DNA of 64,000 nucleotides, from assembly GCF_003704095.1 (NCBI RefSeq), contig NW_020844379.1, positions 1 through 64,000 on the forward strand, read 5' to 3'. The stretch is from Pocillopora damicornis (taxonomy: Eukaryota). This document shows positions 40,693-49,652 of the stretch, in pieces. The notes under the pieces were generated by a model. It saw nothing but the letters and a program-made list of their open reading frames with translations, was not told the origin of the DNA and did no database searches. Numbering within the stretch: position 1 is the stretch's first letter; each line of letters starts with the position of its first letter. Made by a program: the position numbers and the translations under genes.

Positions 40693-42372
40693 TTATGTTT
40701 TTGATTTGATCTTGTTTAAAAAAACAAATATTATAAGGATACAAAAGCTTATAAGAGCGTACAAAAGAAACAAAGTCTTCATTTCGGCGAATTGTACAAG
40801 AAATCCTCCTATAAACCCACCAGATGCGAAACCAAGTCCCATGTAAACTCCATTTAGAATTCCTTGAACTGTGTTTGGTACTCCGGGATGCAACCCAACG
40901 TAAGAAACACACGATGACCAGAATGCTGCGGTGGTAATTCCTTGGAGTAATTCCGCAGGTAAAACTGCCCAGGGACTTTTCACGAAGTAGAAGTAAATAA
41001 AGCGAATAGAGTAGCAAAATAACGCGACATAGATAACATTGATGTGTCCAAGAAAACCGAGCAGCTTGTCCGTCACAAAAAACACACACACTTCTGCCGC
41101 ACAGTTTAGCCCGTTCATCACGCTGAATAATAACTGTCCTCCCCCTAATTCGTGAAGATACCAAAATAGAAACGTTTCTATAAATCCCGTAGCTGAACCG
41201 CAAAAAAACGCGATGAACATGACAAAACAGAATTGAGGATTACGAAAAACCTTGAGCCCTTGGAGAATTTTTGGAGTTTTTGAGCCACCTGTGACATTTA
41301 CTTCTTGCTCATCTTTGATAAAAGGCTGATCAAACTGAAATTGAGTTGCGCATACAAACGCCACACTCATTGCCACCGCAAAAACGTAAAAACAAGGCAT
41401 GTAGTTGATGACAGTCTCACCACAACGATTCGTGCGATAATTCGCGCTGACAGCAGCTCCGACAGAAAATCCCCCAATGCCCCAACCCAGAGATCCCCAG
41501 AGTCTTACTCGACCATACTTATGAGATTCACCGTTAAGATTTTGAAGCGTTACAGTATCTGCAAATGCTTGGGCTGGAGCTGCAATCGCCGTACCAATTA
41601 CAGTTACAAGTAACAAGAATAGAAATTCCTTGGAGTCACATTCAACGTACTCATTCTCTGTTGCTATTGCGTTTGAAAAATCTTGAGGAGGCTTTGTAGC
41701 TGAAGGCTCTAATGATGCCACTTCCAGCTGATCTTTCCAGCCGTCATTGATCCTCAGGGCTTCCGCTTCTTTGCCGTGGTTGTGTAAAGTAACGTTATAA
41801 ACAGTCTTCAGATCTTTAAATGTTATAGGTAAGAACGGTACAGTTGTGTCAAGATACGGCGACACTCTGGAAAAAAAATCGTGTTTTCTTGTTTGCTGAC
41901 GAGTAACAGTGTTTGAATCGGAAAAGTTCTCAGTAAATTTAAGTGAGAATGTGCGACTGTTCGGCAATGAAATTTCTCTGTCATCACCATCGTTATAATC
42001 ATTGTACTTGCTGTTGTTATTGTTGTAAAGTTTACACCACTGAGGTTCATCAGTAGTTGGAACTAATGACAATAAAAAATTTGACACTAACCAACCTAAT
42101 ACCGACATCAGAAATATAACCTTGCTTTTGCAAAACCTATCTGCGCATGCGCCCCACAGAGGAGTTACGCAAAACTGAATCAGTGGACGGATACCAATAA
42201 GGATTCCGTTTTGATGGGAAGATAATCTCAGCTGTTTGAAATAAACTGGTAGGTACGGAAACAGTGCCCCAATAGCCACGTAAAATGACGTGTAAAATGC
42301 TTTTGAGAGCCAAAGTCCTTTATCCATGCCAGGAAGAAAACTTTTCTTGCTACTTACTCTTGCCGCACTCAT
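40693..42372 (-). CDS. MFSD6: MFSD6-like MFS transporter, paralogue 6 (559 aa)
   Basis: Complete intronless ORF. Motifs KAFYTSFY, WGACADRF, YGRVRLWGSLGWG, FLFWYLHELGG. Confidence 0.92.
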   Translation of the reverse strand: MSAARVSSKKSFLPGMDKGLWLSKAFYTSFYVAIGALFPYLPVYFKQLRLSSHQNGILIGIRPLIQFCVTPLWGACADRFCKSKVIFLMSVLGWLVSNFLLSLVPTTDEPQWCKLYNNNNSKYNDYNDGDDREISLPNSRTFSLKFTENFSDSNTVTRQQTRKHDFFSRVSPYLDTTVPFLPITFKDLKTVYNVTLHNHGKEAEALRINDGWKDQLEVASLEPSATKPPQDFSNAIATENEYVECDSKEFLFLLLVTVIGTAIAAPAQAFADTVTLQNLNGESHKYGRVRLWGSLGWGIGGFSVGAAVSANYRTNRCGETVINYMPCFYVFAVAMSVAFVCATQFQFDQPFIKDEQEVNVTGGSKTPKILQGLKVFRNPQFCFVMFIAFFCGSATGFIETFLFWYLHELGGGQLLFSVMNGLNCAAEVCVFFVTDKLLGFLGHINVIYVALFCYSIRFIYFYFVKSPWAVLPAELLQGITTAAFWSSCVSYVGLHPGVPNTVQGILNGVYMGLGFASGGFIGGFLVQFAEMKTLFLLYALISFCILIIFVFLNKIKSKT

Positions 42373-43554
42373 CCGCCATGAATTTCAAAGGTTTCCTATA
42401 TTGTATTATTTACCTCGAGAGCTCAGTCTAACAAATTAGAACTGAATGAATCCATGGACGTCGTAAATGGTTTCCTTGCCTTGAATCTCAAGAGCGCTCT
42501 TCGATGCTGGTTCAGATGATGAAGAGACCCTACTGTGTCTTATTTTAACATATAACTTCGATTATAGCTTTCCTTCATTTCTGATTACGGATGAGAATCC
42601 ATCCAAAATCACAGCTTACTGACGAGAACAGTTCATTCCTTTGCGGAGACATCCAACAATTGCGTGTAATACTGTTTTAAATTGTGGACTGGTACTTGGT
42701 AACGCATGACAGAGTTTGATTACAAGAGAGAACCTGACATAGATTGTTCAAAGTACCTGACAAATCGTGTTTAAGGATTATGGCTGCTAAAATCCTGGTG
42801 ATGTTAAAAACGGTAAAGAAATCTTCATCGACACATGATTTCGCTTCATATCTTCGCACTGTACGTTAATTTATGACCATTCTGGAGGGTTACTTCACGA
42901 ATCCCTGAACGGAATCGCCACATCATGGCCATATCGATTCGTTTTTATCAGTAAACTGAGTTTTTAAGAAAGTGGAGGAAATCTTACGCAAATTTATATG
43001 CCTCTAGAATGGATAGGTGATATTTGATGTTATTTCACTACAGAATCATAACGTGGGAAAAAAACATCCTAAAAAATGAACTTTGTTCGCAAAAAATAAA
43101 TCTACTTAGGTTTCATTGATTTGTCGTTCGAGGACAAATAAGATTACACTTTGATAATGTACGGACAATGACAGATGGCACACTTTTTAGTAGGAAAAAA
43201 GGTTTAATTGTATTAAATGTCCGTATGAAGTGTTTACACATCTGATTCTTAACGTCGTAAAGTTACTCACCGTTGAAGTACTTAATATGGCCATAAAAGG
43301 AATGGTACGAGTAATTTATCGATAATTGAGAGCTATCAAGCTAACACTGAATATATCAATAAAATAATTTTAAAAAATAAAATGGAAATTATTGTTTTAT
43401 GTACTTTGAGGTTAAAAAATGTAAAAATACAAAACACTGGAAATACTACCAAGGGCAAAATGTTTCCTCGCCCTATGTTTATGTTATTAACAAACACCAC
43501 GAGTTGCCTAAATTGCCTTAGAAAAACATTTCTCATCCTCTTGTCAGATATATA

Positions 43555-46500
43555 TCAACGTAGGTACGGTTTTAAGCACTGGTATACTATCTCAGCCATC
43601 TTGTCATAGCCATAAGCGGTAGGATGAAGATGATCATTCCACAAAAGAGCTTGGGTTTGAGGCGCAAGCGAATGTCTCGGAAACTTAGCAGCCAAATCAC
43701 ACAGCACTACATTTCCTTGTGATCTAAGTGCATACTTTCGCAAGTCTTCGTTTAGTCTATTACGCATAACCCACAAGGTCTTAAAACTAGGCCAAGCTTC
43801 GTAAGCCGTTTCCGGAATGGTTAAAAGGAGGGTTCGCGCACCGTACCGGTGTGCAGTTTCATGGAGCATTTCAATATCACTTGTAATTCGTGGCTGCCAC
43901 ACGTTAATTAGCTGAGTCATAAATGAATCATCGTCTCCAAAATTCTTAACATGTGCTACGTCATTAGTTCCACCCAGAATGATTACCCAATCAAATCGTG
44001 AGCTGTTTCCCAATACTTGTGGTAAGCGCTTGGTCATGCTGCCATGTGCCATTTCACGCACTTTTCCACTCGTTTTGACGTAATACTTCAGTCTACCATC
44101 AGAATTCAGTAGTTGACTGAGTCGTTGACTGTAGGGGTGGAAATTTCGCCCATGGTTGAAAAAGCCACTAGTCAAACTATCTCCAAAACATAAAATGTTT
44201 CGCGAGTAAGGATCTGACCTTCGAGGAGAAAAAGATATCGGAGAGGATGCTGGTAAAGACCCTGGTGACTGAACAGATGAAGGTTCTGACTGAGAGACAG
44301 ATGGAGGTCCTACTGGGGAAATCTGTGAATTTTCATGTGGGGGAAAGAACTGCTCCATCGTTGGACGAAATGATGATCGGCCAATGTCCGGTTCTCCAAG
44401 GGTTGGAGGTAGTTGGGTTGTAAGAGTAGGCGTTAGTGGTGTATATGGTGACTGGGGTGGAATCGTCGTTATCACAGTAGTCTTCAACGGAACAGCAGTT
44501 GATTTCGGCTTGGACTTCAATGGAGGTTTCGGAATAAAACTTGTTGTTTTTGCAAGAATTGTGCTGCTCAGGCTATTTGAATCTAAGTTGCCTATGCCTA
44601 ACTTTGATAAAATATTCGTCAAACTTGTCCTGACCATTATTTTCTTGGGTTTAGGAGATGTTCGTTTTGGTGGAAATGATGGCTCTTTTGTCTTATGCTT
44701 CGATTTGATTCCTTGTGCCTGCTTTGTTCTTTTTTTGCCAGCCCTCTGAAGCAGGAGTGGCAAAATGCGTTTCACGATGTCTTGCATGCTTTTTTCCCCT
44801 AATGAATTCTTTGCTGGGGTGGTAATCTTATTCGTTGGTATAGGCTTTTTTGTCGTCGTCTTTTCTGTAGTTGTGCTCTGTGTTGGTTTAGTCTTTACCT
44901 CAGTGGCCTCTGATTCCCCGACGTCATGATCAGCGTTGAGGATTTTAGCTACTACTGCAGGAAGTACTTTGGCCAACAGCCTTTGAATGTTGACCTTACT
45001 ATCCTTTTGGCGATTTTTTGGTTGTCCTGCTGGGTCTCCATTCCTCTCATTGTGTTTGGTTACATTATTTTCTTTTGCATGATTTATCTTTGATGTCGAG
45101 TTATCACTTCTGATGGAGTTGTTGTCTACATTTCTATTTTGCGTAAGAACAGCTTCAAGAGAATCAAAAACATCATCGCTATTTGTTTTGTTTTTCCTCT
45201 CATACGTCCTGGCAAGTTTAAGAACTCGTAAAAGCTTTCCATAGAATAGTTTATCGGGATTTTGAACGTGTTTTTCGCCTCTCTTGGATGAAAGCTTGTT
45301 CTTTTTCATTTCCAAACCACCCTTCACTTTCTTGTTATGTTTCTTCTTCTTTCCACCGTGTCTTTTCTCTGATTTACGTTTCAGGTGGTGACTTTTTTTG
45401 TGCACTCTATGATGATGTATTTTCCGCTTTGTCTCTACTTTGTGGTACTCTCTTGGCTTTTTGATGGAGTTGCGAGTCTTATTTGATCTGAAGCTTTTCT
45501 TTTTGCTGTGTTGCCACGACTTTACTCTCTTTTTCTTTTTTTTGTGACCACGCTTCGAAGATGAAGAGTTTAATTTGAATTTTCTCTCATCCTCTTTCTC
45601 CACTTTACGAAGAAATTCTTGGGATAAACCCCAAACCTTGGTTTCTTTCTCTTTGGTAGGCAGAAGGTTCATGGCATGCGCATAAGAAGGGTCACAAATA
45701 CGCACGTTATATCGTGGAATTTCTATTTCATTGGAAACTGTTTTCTGAATGTGGATAACACCTTTAGTCACGTACCACCTTTTACTGCACAGCTGAGCAT
45801 ATTTGACGGGAAACGTCCGTTGATGGTTTCTATGCCTTACTCTCAACCTTACAGGTCGACATGCGAGTAATGTGTGCAAATACTGCTTTTTGTGACCCAC
45901 AGCCCTTGTAATTTTCACGGTTCCGCGAGTTGCAAAAGTATCAATAACATTACACGTTTTAACGCGATGCCTACTAATATGCCATTTACCTCGAATTTCG
46001 TCACTAAGAGAATGATGCTTTCTGTACCGATGGTATTGCTTGAAATCCAAAATTTTCCCATGCCGCTCATGTGTGACGTGGTGTCCGCCTAACCCTTTTG
46101 AATGACGATGAATTGCATGATCCTTCTTTCTGAAATGATAATGCGAATGCCTTGAGTGACCGGTCTGCACAGTTATCTGTGGATGTGGAATATTTGTCCT
46201 TCTATACTTGTTTGATGTGTCTTGACGTCTCTTATGTTGTGCTTTCTTTTCCAATCCATGATAAGTGTGATAAACCTCAATTTCCGATGAAGTGTGCACT
46301 CGTCTTGATGCAAGGATATGTGATCTATGACGCACTCCTCTAATTGTCGAACCATTATGACGACCCTTACCCAATTTTCGTGTGCCATAACGCTCCTTGG
46401 TTTGCTTTCCCGCTTTCCTCCCAACTTCAATTTTATGATGTCTTGGTGAGGAAGCTTTACTCGAGGCTCTGTTGCTTTCCTCTTCAATATCCTGAATTTC

Positions 46501-47664
46501 TTCGAATTCCGAGTGTTTTCTGAAAGGGCGACTCTGTTTCCTTTTCTTATGTCTTCTGTTTTTTCTTCGAGGCTTCTTCCTCCCTTCCCCGGTATGACTT
46601 GATTGTCGTGGTGATAAACTGACTTTGCTAGAACTTCCTTTAAGGAAGGAAATGAGAGGGGATGGAGTAGTTTCTGCTCCAACGAAATTACTCATGAAGG
46701 GGCTCTCTCCATAATAACCGTTGCTGAAGGAACTTCTGGTCATAGAATTCTTGTTTGAAGGAAAGTAATAGGGGGTTATGTAGGAGACATTAGGTTCCAC
46801 AGGATATGACGACACGGCTGGCTTATCATTTGAAATTCCGACGGAATTGCTGCTATATGGAAGTGGGCGGGAAACCTTGGTTTCAATTGGATAATTTTGA
46901 TTTTCCATCACACCCGCCGGTATTGGAGGCCGAGAATAAAGATAATAAGCTTTCGGATAACGAACTGTAGGTAGAATTGGATTAAAAACAGCGGGGTATT
47001 GTTCTGATGGGTAATTTAACGCTGGCTGAATACTATTGAATGCTCCTTGGTAATAGTTATTGAAGCGTTTTGTCGCCCTCGCTGGAGAAGGCAAAGTTGG
47101 TAAAAGGTTCCTGAGCGCAACATTCCCTCCAATTAAAGGATCGTCATTGTTGGTAACAGATGTAATTTTTTCATGCTCGTTATTTGGTGAAGGAAAATAA
47201 ATTGGAGACGAAGGCCTCTGTTGCGGAGCCTCGTTTTGCGAGGGGTGAAGTTTCTTTACATTTTGATGAAAATGTTCCGTTATGCTTTCTGTTGTCATCC
47301 AAGGATGAGCTGCGGGATAGCCCGTGAGGGCATGCGGCGTGGGACCTAACTTAGTTGTTGATGTAGAGTTACTCGAACCAGGCCTCCGTGTGGAGCGAGA
47401 GTGAGCGCTAACGATTTTCCAAATCGCGTACAAGAATGTCAAAATAAACAAAGAAAAAACGGCATAAAATGCCACAGATCCATATCCTCGGTGACAAGAC
47501 ACCAACGAGCTAAATTTCTCTGCACAGTTAAGGCCATCACTGACTTCTTGCACTCCTGACCGCGCATTCAAATTGTGAATTCGTTTCCACCAGTAACTGT
47601 TTGGTACTGAACGGGACGCAGTGTTTCTAGGCCCGGATGTCCGATTTCCCTGCTCTCCAACCAT
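43555..47664 (-). CDS. Type II membrane protein (1369 aa) with long low-complexity stem and C-terminal SGNH/GDSL hydrolase domain
   Basis: Single 4.1-kb ORF with one TM near aa 62-84. The C-terminal ~210 aa has block I FGDSLTSG, block II Gly (SG), block III LGGTND and block V NDHLHP, so the catalytic Ser-Asp-His is intact. Confidence 0.9.
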   Translation of the reverse strand: MVGEQGNRTSGPRNTASRSVPNSYWWKRIHNLNARSGVQEVSDGLNCAEKFSSLVSCHRGYGSVAFYAVFSLFILTFLYAIWKIVSAHSRSTRRPGSSNSTSTTKLGPTPHALTGYPAAHPWMTTESITEHFHQNVKKLHPSQNEAPQQRPSSPIYFPSPNNEHEKITSVTNNDDPLIGGNVALRNLLPTLPSPARATKRFNNYYQGAFNSIQPALNYPSEQYPAVFNPILPTVRYPKAYYLYSRPPIPAGVMENQNYPIETKVSRPLPYSSNSVGISNDKPAVSSYPVEPNVSYITPYYFPSNKNSMTRSSFSNGYYGESPFMSNFVGAETTPSPLISFLKGSSSKVSLSPRQSSHTGEGRKKPRRKNRRHKKRKQSRPFRKHSEFEEIQDIEEESNRASSKASSPRHHKIEVGRKAGKQTKERYGTRKLGKGRHNGSTIRGVRHRSHILASRRVHTSSEIEVYHTYHGLEKKAQHKRRQDTSNKYRRTNIPHPQITVQTGHSRHSHYHFRKKDHAIHRHSKGLGGHHVTHERHGKILDFKQYHRYRKHHSLSDEIRGKWHISRHRVKTCNVIDTFATRGTVKITRAVGHKKQYLHTLLACRPVRLRVRHRNHQRTFPVKYAQLCSKRWYVTKGVIHIQKTVSNEIEIPRYNVRICDPSYAHAMNLLPTKEKETKVWGLSQEFLRKVEKEDERKFKLNSSSSKRGHKKKKKRVKSWQHSKKKSFRSNKTRNSIKKPREYHKVETKRKIHHHRVHKKSHHLKRKSEKRHGGKKKKHNKKVKGGLEMKKNKLSSKRGEKHVQNPDKLFYGKLLRVLKLARTYERKNKTNSDDVFDSLEAVLTQNRNVDNNSIRSDNSTSKINHAKENNVTKHNERNGDPAGQPKNRQKDSKVNIQRLLAKVLPAVVAKILNADHDVGESEATEVKTKPTQSTTTEKTTTKKPIPTNKITTPAKNSLGEKSMQDIVKRILPLLLQRAGKKRTKQAQGIKSKHKTKEPSFPPKRTSPKPKKIMVRTSLTNILSKLGIGNLDSNSLSSTILAKTTSFIPKPPLKSKPKSTAVPLKTTVITTIPPQSPYTPLTPTLTTQLPPTLGEPDIGRSSFRPTMEQFFPPHENSQISPVGPPSVSQSEPSSVQSPGSLPASSPISFSPRRSDPYSRNILCFGDSLTSGFFNHGRNFHPYSQRLSQLLNSDGRLKYYVKTSGKVREMAHGSMTKRLPQVLGNSSRFDWVIILGGTNDVAHVKNFGDDDSFMTQLINVWQPRITSDIEMLHETAHRYGARTLLLTIPETAYEAWPSFKTLWVMRNRLNEDLRKYALRSQGNVVLCDLAAKFPRHSLAPQTQALLWNDHLHPTAYGYDKMAEIVYQCLKPYLR

Positions 47665-49652
47665 TGACAGCTACATTGAATTCACTGCGAGGCAGAAAGA
47701 GAAAAGGTTTAAGATAATGAATATTGCCAAACTCAAATAGGCATCTATCTGATGTTAGTTTGAAGGTTTAGTGACAATGCTTGCGTTATAATAAAACGAA
47801 ACCGTCTATAACACTGCGAATTGCACGACTCACTGGAAACCAATGTGGGAGGTGTTTGAGGTACATTAGACAACATATCCAGAATAAACTGTACGATTTC
47901 TGAGTAATGCACTGGTTCGTATTTTGGAAAATAGCTATCAGAAGTGTCTTTAAGCTGAGAGGTTGCAAAGGGCATTGTTGGAATTAAAGGGTGGAAATTC
48001 TTTCAAGCACTACATAGGACAAAAGCAGCCATCCCAGCTATTGACTTCAGATCTACTAGAGCGAAGCAAGAAGTCCATTTGTATGATCTCTTTGCTTTAA
48101 TAGACAAACAAGTTGGTTAAACATTCATTCGACCGCAACAGGTGTGTAAATTGTGAAACTAACACGACTGCTTGTTCAAGCAAGTGGCATGAACCAATAA
48201 CCTGACAAAGACAGAGCACATTTGTGATCAAAGCGACGAAGGAACACAAAACAAGGTAGGAAACTTTGCCGTGGAATTTGAACGATCCTCGGTGAAAAGA
48301 AATTATACTTACTCTAAACCAGCCAACGTACTCAGAGAAGCCTTTTGGGCGTACCCGTTCTGCTAAGATGATAAGTTGTTGACCTTCATAAACCGTCAAA
48401 TTTTACGCTATTCCTTGAATAGGCAAATTAAATTGCCTTTGCTTCTCGCTGACGCCGATTTCTCTGGATCTCAACCAAGAATCTTACTGGTATTTTAAAA
48501 CCAAGACGAAGAACTTGCTGCCACACATGAGGACGAGCTTCGGCAGAGGATTTTCAGAGAAAAACTACTATACTAAAATGGAAATGATGTGCGACAAAAA
48601 TTGTCAAAAATGAGGTCATATCGTCGTTTGGGAGTTTCTGAGATTCGTCTTTTAAGCCCAATGTTTTCCTTCATAAATTTATGGTAAGGATTCTATTACA
48701 CTAATCTCTTTTGATTTCTTTTCTGCTTGTTTGTATTTTTTGAAAATCAAGCTATAACAATCACAGAGACTATTTACGAAATGGCAAAGGAACGTATATC
48801 GATACAATTAAAAAATGGAGCTTCTGAAACATCTCCTGTAAATTCAACTTTCTTATAAAATTCATTTTGCGTAAAATTTATTGTATGCTAGTCCCACTTT
48901 GATATGTAGAAGTACAGTGGCTCTCACGGAACCGCAAACGAGACATACGTGGCTAGGACTAAAGTGCTTTTTCTTTAAATATAATCACTAAATAACGTCA
49001 TGCACTAAGCCAAAGGAAACGCCATATTTCATAAAAAAAAAACTCCACCCATTATAACACACAATTATGTTTGACGGGTTTTGTTGGTACGTTGAGTTAA
49101 TGGAAAGAACGTTTCAAGATGATTGGATGAATAAATTGAATCAAATATCTGTAGTAAAACAACTATAATAAAGACAGTATGGGGACTAAAAACGGTAAGA
49201 ATTCATGATGGGAAAAATGTGATGACGCACTCGGCAAAACTGTGTAAGCTTCGTCCTGAGGAACTTTTTGAAAATAGATCAATCCGCCTGGAAAAGTGAA
49301 ATAACGACCCCCTCGATGGTAACAGATATACAGGTGTAAAAGTACGACTGGGAAAGCGCAGATTAAGAAAGAAACGAGCCAGAGAAGCGTAATTTTACGT
49401 CTGCTCTTTTGACTTTCGCCCTTGTTCGCATTGCGCCGCGCCGCCCGAGAAAGTTTAGATAAGCGTCTCAAACAAACTGTTTAACCAAGCCTTAAAGTAG
49501 TAAATGAGTTCTCAGTAATCGGACCCTTCTTTTGGCGCAAAGATTTATGGGATCGCCGGGGGGTCAAACTCTGCAAGTCGCTAGAACCAAAATAATGGCG
49601 AAAGCTTATTTCGACGTCCAAATCCACGATTTTGGAGAGAGATCAACCAATC

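Noticed and set aside
20526-46682. Alternative-frame and antisense ORFs overlapping the MFSD6 and SGNH genes (e.g. 20526-20915, 40577-41203, 46173-46682)
   Set aside because: Shadow ORFs of real coding sequence, with no independent motifs.
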